Virus genome (UHGV): UHGV-0441209
Origin: a virus
DNA length: 41,109 bases
Strand: one strand, 5' to 3'
The translations under genes were made by a program, and so were the position numbers. The notes under the pieces were generated by a model that saw nothing but the letters and a program-made list of their open reading frames with translations, did no database searches and was not told the DNA's origin. This document shows, piece after piece, positions 27,182 through 36,459 of the stretch (its first letter is position 1; each line of letters begins with the position of its first letter).

Positions 27182-27394
27182 AATTTTTATCCACCTTTCT
27201 TCAAATTTTCTTATTCTTCCAGTATCATTTATCCATTCTTGGAATGAATAAATATTTCTTCGGTAGACTGTTTGCTGACATCTAATATTTTTTCGACTTC
27301 TTTCCAAACTATAACGAACAGTCCGACTTATTAATTTAAGTTAATTTTATCATTTAATAAAGATTTTACAAAGAGAAATATTAAATACATAAAA

Positions 27395-27634
27395 TGACCA
27401 TACTTTGACCATACTTATCAGAAAAAAAGAGTGAAAATGAAGAAACCATAATTGATATAAATGTTAATTTAGAAAAGATAAGATAAGTTAACGATTGTCA
27501 GAAAATAAAAATCTAAAAGTATCAGTTTATCCAGTAGCTAACTAATGTAATAGCTCAAGCCTTTGTTTATCAAAGGTTTGGGCTTTTTTTGTTGGTTTCA
27601 GAAAAAATTGACCATACTTTTGACCATACTTATT
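27395..27634. repeat. Putative attP region: four direct copies of TGACCATACTT (27395, 27406, 27611, 27623) flanking about 190 bp, adjacent to the int 3' end
   Basis: The repeats TGACCATACTTTGACCATACTTAT and TGACCATACTTTTGACCATACTTAT were read directly. This is the typical arm-type site architecture next to a tyrosine integrase. Confidence 0.5.
27553..27597 (+). terminator. Rho-independent terminator within the putative attP region
   Basis: GCTCAAGCCTTTG-tttat-CAAAGGTTTGGGC then TTTTTTT. Confidence 0.55.
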
Positions 27635-28797
27635 CAAAACCCGATGTAGTTAGCTAATTTTTCAGTAGTCACTTCTTTTCTATCATCTGTTAAATGTGTG
27701 TAGGTGTCTAACGTAGTCTTTATATTAGCGTGCCCGAGACGTTCTTGTACTTCTTTATGATCAGCGCCAGCATTGTATAACAGTGAGGCGTGCGTATGTC
27801 TAAATCCATGTAAGCCTATATTAGGTAAATTTGCTTTTTTTTGATATATCTTATATCTTTCTGTAATGGATTGATTAATAGTGAACTCATTAGAGTCATT
27901 AGTAAAAATTCTTGAAGGTTGAGTGAAACCCAACTTAAAAAGAAACTTCTTCTGTTCTGATCTCCATTTCTTAAGACACTCTAAAGTGATTCTATCTAAT
28001 ATGATTATTCTATTTGATTTTTTTGTTTTTGGGGTGGAGGATACATAATACGTATCCGATTTTGTAACGGTTTTATTTATTTGCAATTCTCCTGTCTCTA
28101 AGTTTAAATCATCCCAGGTTAGTGCTAGTAATTCTCCTATTCTACATCCACTGAAAGACAATAATCTAAATAGTGTATAATCTCTGATAGTTATATAATT
28201 ATTTTCTTGCGGCTGTTGATGTATACACTCTAAAAATTTTTGTAATTGGTCTTTGTTGTAAAATTTTATTTTCGTATCTTTAGGATTTGCAGTTTCCTTA
28301 TTCTTTGGGATGATTACATTGGTTGTTGGGTTTTCGGCGGTAACTCCCATATTTATAGCAAACTTAAAAACTTTATTCATATAATTTAAAAATAAAGGGT
28401 ATTGTTTTGATGTCCCGTTAGTGTGCCAGTTATTAACTATTTTTTGACAATAAGCTGTATTTATTTTTGCTATTTCAATTTTTCCGAAGTGAGGAAAAAT
28501 ATGTTTATTGAAAATTATGTTAGTACGAGAATAGCTACTATCTTTAACTGTATTTTTGTAGTTTTCAAGCCACAATACTGCTATCTCCTGAAATGTTATA
28601 GAAGAAGATTGCTTTATTCCGTTACGTTCAATCTCCATCTCTAATCTTGCCAATGCAATTTTTGCTTCTTTTTGTGTTTTAAATCCTCTCTTGGTAGTGT
28701 ATTTCTTTTTTTTAGTTAGTGGATCAATCCCAAGATAGGTTTTGAAGTACCATGCTTTTTCGCCGCTTTTCTTTTGATATTGCCTAATCATTGCCAT
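27634..28797 (-). CDS. int: tyrosine-type site-specific integrase
   Basis: C-terminal catalytic region HGFRHTHASLLYNAGADHKEVQERLGHANIKTTLDTYTHL (R...HxxR...Y). N-terminal SAM-like domain. Confidence 0.9.
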   Translation of the reverse strand: MAMIRQYQKKSGEKAWYFKTYLGIDPLTKKKKYTTKRGFKTQKEAKIALARLEMEIERNGIKQSSSITFQEIAVLWLENYKNTVKDSSYSRTNIIFNKHIFPHFGKIEIAKINTAYCQKIVNNWHTNGTSKQYPLFLNYMNKVFKFAINMGVTAENPTTNVIIPKNKETANPKDTKIKFYNKDQLQKFLECIHQQPQENNYITIRDYTLFRLLSFSGCRIGELLALTWDDLNLETGELQINKTVTKSDTYYVSSTPKTKKSNRIIILDRITLECLKKWRSEQKKFLFKLGFTQPSRIFTNDSNEFTINQSITERYKIYQKKANLPNIGLHGFRHTHASLLYNAGADHKEVQERLGHANIKTTLDTYTHLTDDRKEVTTEKLANYIGF

Positions 28798-28799
28798 TT

Positions 28800-29039
28800 T
28801 TATCTCTCCCAGTATTTTTTACATAATTCATTTATTTCTTCAAAGCGCGGATGATTTTTATTGTTATCCCTAAATCTTATAGTTGTTTGTAAGTTGTTGA
28901 TTAGATAATCAAAAATTACCCCACGATCGTGTTCTGTTAATTTTTCTTTCGAGAAAAATTCTGCCCCAGCCAACGATTCACTAATCATTTGTAGTACTAA
29001 TTTCTTTTCATTTTTTGTTAAATCATTAAATGTTATCAT
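28800..29039 (-). CDS. hypothetical protein (79 aa) in the lysogeny module
   Basis: ORF between int and the repressor operon; no domain recognised. Confidence 0.4.
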   Translation of the reverse strand: MITFNDLTKNEKKLVLQMISESLAGAEFFSKEKLTEHDRGVIFDYLINNLQTTIRFRDNNKNHPRFEEINELCKKYWER

Positions 29040-29040
29040 A

Positions 29041-29280
29041 TTATTTTCCCTCTATATTTAATTCTATATCACTTTTTTGAACTCCAAATAGTCCTATAGA
29101 CAATTCGTTGTTGCTTGTAATTTTATACCCTTTTGATACTCGAAAAACAGGTGCGTGGAATGGAAGTAAATTTCCTGAACATAAAGTGGCCCCGATAAAG
29201 TGCACCTTTGTTTCTGGTGGCACTGTATTTAGTATGGAAATCAGTTCCTTGGCAGTTAAAGCTTTGTTAAAGTCAGTCAT
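29041..29280 (-). CDS. hypothetical protein (79 aa) in the lysogeny module
   Basis: ORF; no domain recognised. Confidence 0.4.
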   Translation of the reverse strand: MTDFNKALTAKELISILNTVPPETKVHFIGATLCSGNLLPFHAPVFRVSKGYKITSNNELSIGLFGVQKSDIELNIEGK

Positions 29281-29343
29281 TTTAATTACTCCTTTTGAAC
29301 ATACGTTCTTTTTTTGTGAAATTAATAATAGCCGAATGGCTAT

Positions 29344-29772
29344 TTAAAAGTATCTTGATAGTTCGTGTGGTAATCCTAAATAATCCATAATTTGAAATTT
29401 TGTTAGTCCGTGCATGATTGATTGATCTTGCATATGCAGAAGTAATTTCATAGCGAGAGAATTTGCTTCACATTCCATTTTAGAAACAAATGTATCTAAC
29501 CCTAAAGAACGGTAAAAAGGCGTACTAGCACCTTTGTGCAGTTTTATATGACTGAATTCATGTAATATCACAAACTTTTGATAGTGCTCAGGCCAATTTG
29601 CGTTAACAATAATCGTATGACACCTGTTGTTAGTTTGTGTACAACCTCCAGTTTCATCATCTATATCAGCATAAAGTATTTTACAGTTCGCCTTTTTTAC
29701 CAAGTCGTAGACACTGCTAGGTTGGTATTTTGTGACGATTTTATCGAATTGATTTTCGACATAATTATTCAT
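29344..29772 (-). CDS. ImmA/IrrE-family zinc metallopeptidase
   Basis: HEXXH motif (ILHEFSHIKLH), located directly downstream of the XRE repressor. This is the usual ImmR/ImmA pairing. Confidence 0.75.
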   Translation of the reverse strand: MNNYVENQFDKIVTKYQPSSVYDLVKKANCKILYADIDDETGGCTQTNNRCHTIIVNANWPEHYQKFVILHEFSHIKLHKGASTPFYRSLGLDTFVSKMECEANSLAMKLLLHMQDQSIMHGLTKFQIMDYLGLPHELSRYF

Positions 29773-29786
29773 AATACCAACCCCTA

Positions 29787-30200
29787 TTAGTTTCTATAAT
29801 CTTTACGTGTGAATTTCTTTTTGGCTTCTTCTTTGTTCATTTCCATCGCAGTACGTATAGCAATTAAAAGACGGTCTTTTTGTTCTTGAGTAGCTGGTTC
29901 ACCGTAAAAATTAAGATTTTCGCCATTAGCTATACCTTCAATTAATTCTTCTGCTTGAATAGCAATATCCTTCTTTTCTTTATTGGATAACTCATAATAT
30001 TTTTTCTTTTCAGTACGACCAAGTAAATAGTCAGTGGAAACATCAAAATAATCTGCTACTTTTTGTAATTTGTCAGACTGAGGGCTTGTTTTATCCCAAC
30101 GGTAAAGAGAATTTTCCCCTATACCAACTTTGCTAGCAAGTTCTTTGAGCGTGATTCCTCTTTGTTTAGCAAGTAACTTTATTCTTTCCAACGTATTCAT
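29787..30200 (-). CDS. cI-like XRE-family repressor
   Basis: N-terminal HTH (LAKQRGITLKELASKVGIGENSLYRWDK), divergent from the cro-like gene. Confidence 0.75.
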   Translation of the reverse strand: MNTLERIKLLAKQRGITLKELASKVGIGENSLYRWDKTSPQSDKLQKVADYFDVSTDYLLGRTEKKKYYELSNKEKKDIAIQAEELIEGIANGENLNFYGEPATQEQKDRLLIAIRTAMEMNKEEAKKKFTRKDYRN

Positions 30201-30243
30201 ATAATCACCTTTCAGAGAAAAAAGTACACTAAATAAAATTATC

Positions 30244-30388
30244 TACCAAAAATGGTTGACAACTATCTAATTCGGTAGTATACTGATTTCAGATATTAGA
30301 AATGAGCAAAATAATACTAAAAAATAGTATAAAATCTTGGCGGATTTGATATGCTTATTTCTTTATGTCTATAGTACCATATTTGGTA
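30244..30388. promoter_or_regulatory. Lysogeny-switch intergenic region: inverted-repeat operators TACCAAAAATGGT (30244-30256) and TACCATATTTGGTA (30375-30388), plus the half site CGGTAGTA, with a TTGACA-17-TATACT promoter (30256-30284)
   Basis: Read directly. ACCA-N5/6-TGGT dyads overlap the -35 element between the divergent repressor and cro genes. Confidence 0.55.
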
Positions 30389-30431
30389 GTTTTGTCAACT
30401 ATTTTTATCATAAAGGATTGGAGGTGTGGTA

Positions 30432-30641
30432 ATGACAATGTCTATTGTTGCAAATATCAAAAAGATTGCGTTAGAAAAAAATTTAACTGTTAAAAAAATT
30501 GGTAAAGAATCAGGGGTAGGGGAAAACGCAATTTATAGATGGGATAAGCAAAATCCTAATTTATCTAGTTTAAAAAAAGTTTCCAACTATTTAAATGTAT
30601 CTGTTGACGAGTTATTAGAAAATGAAAAACAGGAGGTGTAG
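30432..30641 (+). CDS. Cro-like HTH regulator
   Basis: HTH (KKIGKESGVGENAIYRWDK). GGAGGTG ribosome binding site. Divergent from the repressor. Confidence 0.65.
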   Translation: MTMSIVANIKKIALEKNLTVKKIGKESGVGENAIYRWDKQNPNLSSLKKVSNYLNVSVDELLENEKQEV

Positions 30642-30644
30642 TAT

Positions 30645-30929
30645 ATGCAGCTGAATATACCTGATGAGGTAATTCAAGATGAATTAGCTAATAATATTAC
30701 CTTTGTCATTTTAAAAGAGGTTGAAAAACGTTTAAGTTTGTTGACCAAGGTTATTGAATTACCACCATATCCTAACAAATCGCAAGTAAGAAAGATTTTA
30801 GAGATTGGCGATGAAAAATTGAATAATTGGATTTCAAAAGGTTTAAAAATTCAACAATGGAGTAATCAGGATATTCGGATTGAACGATCTGAATTACAAA
30901 GATTTCTAAAAGAAACTTTTGAAATTTAA
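30645..30929 (+). CDS. putative excisionase / small DNA-binding protein
   Basis: 94 aa, at the position typical of Xis in Gram-positive phages. The call is weak. Confidence 0.3.
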   Translation: MQLNIPDEVIQDELANNITFVILKEVEKRLSLLTKVIELPPYPNKSQVRKILEIGDEKLNNWISKGLKIQQWSNQDIRIERSELQRFLKETFEI

Positions 30930-30943
30930 AGGAGGAAAAGAAG

Positions 30944-31666
30944 ATGGAAAATCTAGTAATTACGAAAAACCAACAAGCAGTAACAACTAGTTTACAAGTC
31001 GCAGCAACGTTTAATAAAAATCATCGTGATGTTTTAGCAGCGATTGATGATTTAAAAGAGGGGGTTGCGGAAAATTACGCAGACCTATTTTACGAAGATA
31101 GCTATATTCATCCACAAAACAAACAAAAATATAGACAAATCATTATGAACCGTGACGGATTCACGTTACTAGCAATGGGATTCACTGGTCAAAAAGCTCT
31201 TAAGTTTAAACTGAAATATATTGAAGCTTTTAACCAAATGGAGGAACTGCTCAAAACTCAATCAAACTTACCGATTAATAACACAGAATTGTTATTAGAA
31301 GCTGCGTTAAAACATGAACGTGGATTGACTCTTGTAAATCAACGTTTAGATAAGCTAGAAACAGAAACAACAATTAATAGAAGCCAACAACGAAAGATAC
31401 AAGGACTAGTTTCATCAACTGTTATCAAAGTATTAGGTGGCAAAAAAACATTGGCCTATAAGGATTCAAGTATTAAGCAATCAGCCTTTAGTAATTGCTA
31501 TAAACAATTGAAAGCATTATTCGATGTAGCCTCTTATGTAGATATTCCAAAAGTTCGATATGAAGAAGCATTAACTCTAATTCCTAAATGGAAGCCTGAC
31601 TTGGAATTACAAGCAAGAATTGATATGGCTAATGGAAACGGAGATATGTTTAAAGAAGTGAGCTAG
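30944..31666 (+). CDS. Rha-family phage regulatory protein (antirepressor)
   Basis: N-terminus NLVITKNQQAVTTSLQVAATFNKNHRDVLAAIDDL matches the Rha N-terminal domain pattern. Confidence 0.65.
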   Translation: MENLVITKNQQAVTTSLQVAATFNKNHRDVLAAIDDLKEGVAENYADLFYEDSYIHPQNKQKYRQIIMNRDGFTLLAMGFTGQKALKFKLKYIEAFNQMEELLKTQSNLPINNTELLLEAALKHERGLTLVNQRLDKLETETTINRSQQRKIQGLVSSTVIKVLGGKKTLAYKDSSIKQSAFSNCYKQLKALFDVASYVDIPKVRYEEALTLIPKWKPDLELQARIDMANGNGDMFKEVS

Positions 31667-31846
31667 ATCAGTAAATAAAAGGATGGAAGCTAATGTTTAA
31701 TTTTTTAATCAATCCAGAGTTTTGGAAAGGATTTATAGTTTTAGGGATTTTAGTAATTATAGCTATCTATTTGTCGATTAAGCTTGATAATTAATCACCC
31801 CATTTTCAACTAAATTATATTAAAAAAAGTATAGGAGGTTAACAAC

Positions 31847-32047
31847 ATGAAAGCAATCCGAGAAGCACGATTGATAGGCGCATTTTTATTGATGATTGCG
31901 CTAGGTGTATTGCTGAAAAGTCACTTTTCAATGCCAATACTAGCAACACTAAGTGCACCTTTCTTTATTCATTGGTTTTTCAATTGGGATGAAGCAAAAT
32001 ACCAATATTCTAAAAAAAGACAAAATAAAAAGCCCCACTTTAGTTAG
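31847..32047 (+). CDS. small membrane protein
   Basis: Two hydrophobic segments (IGAFLLMIALGVLL; ILATLSAPFFIHWFF). Confidence 0.4.
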   Translation: MKAIREARLIGAFLLMIALGVLLKSHFSMPILATLSAPFFIHWFFNWDEAKYQYSKKRQNKKPHFS

Positions 32048-32115
32048 AGCTAAAGCAGGGGAAATAAAGTGAATAGAATCTAAATAAATTATATCACAGA
32101 AAGGACGGCAATAAA

Positions 32116-32523
32116 ATGTCAAAAAATATTAATGTTCCTTTAAGTGGGATTAGTGAGGGAGGATTACAAGAACGATTTGATTATGAGCTTGCTCAAGTCA
32201 TTAACAATATTAATGATCCTAATACCGATCCTACAAAAAAGAGAAAGATAACAATTGATTTAACGATTATTCCAGACGAATATCGTGAAGATATTTTGAT
32301 TGATTATCAAGTGAAATCAAAATTAGTTCCAAGAGAAGCATTAACTTCAAAAATTATTATTGGTCAAGATGGTAAAGGAAAACCGTTAGCAAATGAATTG
32401 AAAAGTGGACAACGAGGCCAGATGTATTTCGATCCAGATGATTCTGAATTGAAAGATGATAAAGGCACACCAGTAGAAGAAATTGAAGAAACAGATAAAA
32501 TAAAAAAATTTAAAACAAACTAG
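32116..32523 (+). CDS. hypothetical protein
   Basis: 135-aa ORF with AAAGGA ribosome binding site. Confidence 0.45.
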   Translation: MSKNINVPLSGISEGGLQERFDYELAQVINNINDPNTDPTKKRKITIDLTIIPDEYREDILIDYQVKSKLVPREALTSKIIIGQDGKGKPLANELKSGQRGQMYFDPDDSELKDDKGTPVEEIEETDKIKKFKTN

Positions 32524-32535
32524 GAGTGAAATATT

Positions 32536-33279
32536 ATGTCAGAACATTTAAAAGAAGCTTTAGCGTATGCAGTACGGTTACGTGATGACCAAAAAATTAT
32601 TTATAAAGAAGAGGAAAAAGTATTTTTTGATCGTTCAAAAGCGGATTTAGTTGAACTCGATCCAATTAAACGAGCAGAAACACTCACAGTTAATTCTTTA
32701 TCTGGATTAATTGGTTATCTACAATCAAAATTTTCCCATGAAGAAATTACGTCAAATTTATTAATTCATGTTGAAAGCCCAACAAACGTTGCTGTTTATT
32801 CAGCTTTAGATGCAGACCGTAAGCGTGAAAAAATTATTGAAGCAAAAGCGTTATTAGAAGTGTTTCCATATAGTCGCTTTATGGATTCAGAAGAATTTAT
32901 TATTAATGTTCAATCTCTTATTCAACGTGATCTTGATGCAAAAGCTATTCTGGAATGTGCCAGCGCTATTCGAATTGAAGGCGGGGGAGATTTAGTTGAT
33001 AACGGAGTTTCTCAAGTTGCTACAGTAAAAGAAGGAGCAGCAACGCTCACAAAAGCAGAAGTACCTAGTCCAGCAAATTTAAGACCTTATCGAACATTTT
33101 TAGAAGTTGAACAGCCAGATAGCCCATTTGTTTTTAGAATCAATAAATATGGTCATTGCGCATTGTTCGAAGCAGATGGTGGGATTTGGAAACATGTAGC
33201 TATGGAACGTATTCATGAATATTTAACTCAATCTTTAAATGAGTATGTTGAAAAAGGTTCAGTAACAATTATTGCGTAA
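32536..33279 (+). CDS. hypothetical protein (247 aa)
   Basis: ORF in the early region; no motif recognised. Confidence 0.45.
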   Translation: MSEHLKEALAYAVRLRDDQKIIYKEEEKVFFDRSKADLVELDPIKRAETLTVNSLSGLIGYLQSKFSHEEITSNLLIHVESPTNVAVYSALDADRKREKIIEAKALLEVFPYSRFMDSEEFIINVQSLIQRDLDAKAILECASAIRIEGGGDLVDNGVSQVATVKEGAATLTKAEVPSPANLRPYRTFLEVEQPDSPFVFRINKYGHCALFEADGGIWKHVAMERIHEYLTQSLNEYVEKGSVTIIA

Positions 33280-33350
33280 ATAAAAAGAGCCTCACTCGTT
33301 TTTTGACGAGTGGGGACACATATAAAATTAACTAAGGAGAGTATACCAAA

Positions 33351-33690
33351 ATGAACGACAAAATTCAAAAATTGATTAAAAAAACTAGCAAAAGAATGCC
33401 AGAAAGAAGATGTAGGTTTATCTTTGGCTGCTATCGATTTAGAAGGAAAATTGGCAATATCTCAAGTTGGAAAAGGTACGATGGTAGCCATTGCAGCATA
33501 TAGCCAATATGCATTAGCAAAAGAAAGACTGGAACAATCAGATTGTGATTGTCCAAAACATCGTTTATTAAAAGAGATGTACGGTATTGAAACAGAAACT
33601 ACGACTAAAAATACACATACTTTTGTCACAGATGATCCAAACGATTTGATGGATATATTATCGAAGATTTTTCGAGGTGAGTTTAAATGA
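33351..33690 (+). pseudogene. Early gene disrupted by, or dependent on, a frameshift in an A7 run (33378-33384)
   Basis: AAGGAGAG ribosome binding site, then ATG 33351 (MNDKIQKLIKK). The track ORF 33424-33690 continues the same protein (LAKECQKEDVGLSLAAIDLEGK...) in the +1 frame after AAAAAAA. Confidence 0.4.
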
Positions 33691-33886
33691 CTAGAAAAGA
33701 AAAGTTAAACCAAGCAAAAAGATTAGCTGATTTATGGTACAAGCAACAAAAAAGTCAACTATACATTGCGCAACAAAAAGAGCGCAGAGGGATTGCATGA
33801 TGAAAAAAGCGACTATGCCGCCAAGCAATTAGTCGCACACAAAAATTATACTAGAAAAATTGTAACACAGAAAAGAGGTTTTGTGA

Positions 33887-34219
33887 ATGAATCGTAGAGA
33901 AGCAAATGCACTAGATAGATATTTAACAGAATCGCCTGAAACGCTTAGCGAAGAGGATAATGAAGAAATTAGAGATTGGAAAGACAATGTATTGACAATC
34001 TATGACGAAGTATTGGAAGTAACGCTTAGGGATACTATTTCAGGGAAAACAATTGAAAAGATTACGAAATCAGAAGATTACATGGAACTTATTCTTGATG
34101 AGTATAAAGATTGTATTCCCATTAAAGTTACCTTTTTTGATGCAGGAGACTATATTCGATTAAACCCTTGTCGTTGGTCAGTTTGTTATAAAGAGGAGAG
34201 AGAACATGTCAGAAGATAA
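33887..34219 (+). CDS. hypothetical protein
   Basis: 110-aa acidic ORF. Confidence 0.45.
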   Translation: MNRREANALDRYLTESPETLSEEDNEEIRDWKDNVLTIYDEVLEVTLRDTISGKTIEKITKSEDYMELILDEYKDCIPIKVTFFDAGDYIRLNPCRWSVCYKEEREHVRR

Positions 34220-34856
34220 AAAAACATTTGTAGAAAAACTAATTGCTGTGCAAACAGCATTAAAAGCTCCTAAAGGGCAATACAACTCGTTTGGAAAATA
34301 TAAGTATCGATCAGCAGAAGATATTCTAAATGCTGTGAAGCCACTAAATGCAGAGCAAGGATTACTTTTGACACTATCAGATGAACCTTTGCTAATCGGA
34401 GATTGGCATTACATTAAGGCAACTGCGACTATAACCGATGGCATTATAAAAGAAAGTTTCACCGCGTACGCTAGAGAATCATTTACCAAGAAAGGGATGG
34501 ATGATAGCCAAATCACTGGAACTGCTTCTTCGTATGCACGGAAGTATGCGCTAAATGGATTATATCTAATTGATGATACAAAAGATGCGGATACAGATGA
34601 ATACAAGAAACAAGAAAAAAATGTAAAGAAGATTACTAAAAAACAATTGGAACAGTTGAAAGCAAATTTCCAAAAAATAGCTGCGTTAAAAAAAGTTTCA
34701 GAAAAAAGTGTCGAAGCTCAATTTCTGACGATTATAAAATTTGATGGAAAGATAGAAGATTTAGACACAGAAATACATCATAAGCTAATGGAATTAACCA
34801 ATAGAAATATTCATAAGCTAGAAAATGAACAATTTTTTAATGATGTGATGGAATGA
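34206..34856 (+). CDS. ERF-family single-strand annealing protein
   Basis: Motif GTASSYARKYALNGLYLIDD and position upstream of the replication genes. Confidence 0.55.
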   Translation: MSEDKKTFVEKLIAVQTALKAPKGQYNSFGKYKYRSAEDILNAVKPLNAEQGLLLTLSDEPLLIGDWHYIKATATITDGIIKESFTAYARESFTKKGMDDSQITGTASSYARKYALNGLYLIDDTKDADTDEYKKQEKNVKKITKKQLEQLKANFQKIAALKKVSEKSVEAQFLTIIKFDGKIEDLDTEIHHKLMELTNRNIHKLENEQFFNDVME

Positions 34857-35494
34857 TTGGAAAAATCATAAAACATAAAGGAAATAAATTAGCTATCGAG
34901 TTCGAGGAAGAAATTAACTCAAATTTCCTCGATCTCTTAGCTAACAATGATGACAATTTGGCAAAAGTTGAACTGTTAGATAATCGGCAAATGTCTCAAA
35001 AACAAAATGCACTTTCTCATGTTTTAATAGCCGACATCGCTCGTTGGAGTTATGACGAGCCTAAATGGATAGAAGGGGTTTTAAAATATTACTACGAAGC
35101 TAAAAGCGGTGTGTATTTTGAACACAGTAAGGCTACACGACATGAAGCAACAGAATGGATTAGTTTTTTAATCGAATTTATTTTGAAAAATGATGTGCCA
35201 CTAGAAAAGAGATACCAATACTTGCTAGAAAATAACACATGGTTTTATTACTGCCTTAAATACCGTAAGTGTTGTATTTGTGGGAAACATGCCGATGTTT
35301 GTCATATCGAGGTAGTCGGTATGGGGCGAAATCGTCAAAAGATTAATCACGAAACATTTACTTTTTACGCTGGTTGTCGTCAACATCATCAAGAAGAACA
35401 TCAGATAGGTACTAAGAACTTTTTAAACAAGTATCAAATTAAACCAGTAAAACTAAACGTTGAAGAACGTAAGAAGTTGAATATTGGAGGTTAA
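34853..35494 (+). CDS. DUF968/HNH-like Cys/His-rich protein
   Basis: CCICGKHADVCHIEVVGMG...CRQHHQEEHQIG cluster. Confidence 0.4.
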   Translation: MIGKIIKHKGNKLAIEFEEEINSNFLDLLANNDDNLAKVELLDNRQMSQKQNALSHVLIADIARWSYDEPKWIEGVLKYYYEAKSGVYFEHSKATRHEATEWISFLIEFILKNDVPLEKRYQYLLENNTWFYYCLKYRKCCICGKHADVCHIEVVGMGRNRQKINHETFTFYAGCRQHHQEEHQIGTKNFLNKYQIKPVKLNVEERKKLNIGG

Positions 35495-35546
35495 TTAGTG
35501 AATAAATAAAGAGAGGGAATTTTCCCCTCTTATCTAGGGAGGTGCG

Positions 35547-36455
35547 ATGATGGACTATATTAAGCAGATTTTAGCGTTTGACGATTATTTAATGTATAAT
35601 CAGGGACTTTCATCTGGGCAAATTGCTTTATGGCGCGCATTGATGAGCATAAACAATAAAACAAGATGGAGTGAGTGGTTTACGGCAAGTAATCAAACGC
35701 TTGAAACTCTAGCTGGTCTTTCACGCCAAGGAATAAATAAAAATCGAAATGTATTAAAACAACTAGGATTAATTGATTTTCAAACCAATGGAAGAAAAGC
35801 AACTTCTTACCATATATGTAAACTTTATACATCAGATAGTGTACAAGGAAGTTTACAAGAAGATGTACGTAAACTTTCTACGTCAAATAGTTTACAAGAG
35901 AGTGTACAAGACAGTTTACAAAGTAGTAGCGAAACAGTAGCGGAAAAGTGTACAACACAGTTGCGCAACAGTGGCACATTATATAAACATAAACAAAACA
36001 TAAATATAAACGAAAACACAAACATAAATGAGCATGAAGAAGATGTCGGTGTGTATGAGTTTATTCAAAGCCATTGGGGACAACAGCCTAATAACTTGTT
36101 GAAAGGTGCTTTAGGTCCATGGATTAGAGAATGGGGTCCAGAGCTAGTTTTGCATGCCATTAAACAGGCTTATGAGTACAGCGTAGATATGAGATGGCTA
36201 AAATCATACGTGGATAAAATTTTTGCGAATTGGAAAGATAAAAGCATAACCACGCTTGAAGAAGCAATAGAAGCGCAGAAAGCATTTAAGGCAACAAGCA
36301 AAAAAAATACAGGGATCAGTAGCTATCAAAATAAACCTGTTCGACAAGAAAAGGTGCCTGAGTGGATGAATCAAGCGAACGGTGAAGAAGAAAAAGTTTC
36401 ACCAGAAGAACAAGCTGAATTTGAAAGACAAATGCAAGAATTGTTGGGAGGATAA
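35547..36455 (+). CDS. phage replisome organizer / DnaD-domain replication initiation protein
   Basis: N-terminal replisome-organizer-like region (LSSGQIALWRALMSINNKTRWSEWFTASNQTLETLAGLSRQGINKNRNVLKQLGLIDF). C-terminal DnaD-like region (YVDKIFANWKDKSITTLEEA). Confidence 0.7.
   Translation: MMDYIKQILAFDDYLMYNQGLSSGQIALWRALMSINNKTRWSEWFTASNQTLETLAGLSRQGINKNRNVLKQLGLIDFQTNGRKATSYHICKLYTSDSVQGSLQEDVRKLSTSNSLQESVQDSLQSSSETVAEKCTTQLRNSGTLYKHKQNININENTNINEHEEDVGVYEFIQSHWGQQPNNLLKGALGPWIREWGPELVLHAIKQAYEYSVDMRWLKSYVDKIFANWKDKSITTLEEAIEAQKAFKATSKKNTGISSYQNKPVRQEKVPEWMNQANGEEEKVSPEEQAEFERQMQELLGG
35838..36032. repeat. Candidate origin of replication: about 7 iterons (AGTGTACAAG / AGTTTACAAGA) followed by an AT-rich AAACA(T)AAA tract, embedded in the replisome organizer gene
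   Basis: Read directly. The iterons encode the repetitive SVQGSLQEDV...SLQESVQDSLQSS peptide linker. Confidence 0.55.
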
Positions 36456-36459
36456 AAAC

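Noticed and set aside
26606-27307. 5' extension of the SHOCT gene to 27307 (MERSRKNIRCQQTVYRRN...)
   Set aside because: There is no ribosome binding site there. A strong AAAGGTGGA ribosome binding site precedes the internal Met at 27181, so the extension is probably an artefact.
33283-33316. Hairpin CCTCACTCGT/ACGAGTGGGG after the 32536-33279 gene as a + strand terminator
   Set aside because: The T-run lies inside the loop and on the minus-strand side rather than downstream on the + strand. It may be a weak or bidirectional stem only, so it is not listed as a feature.
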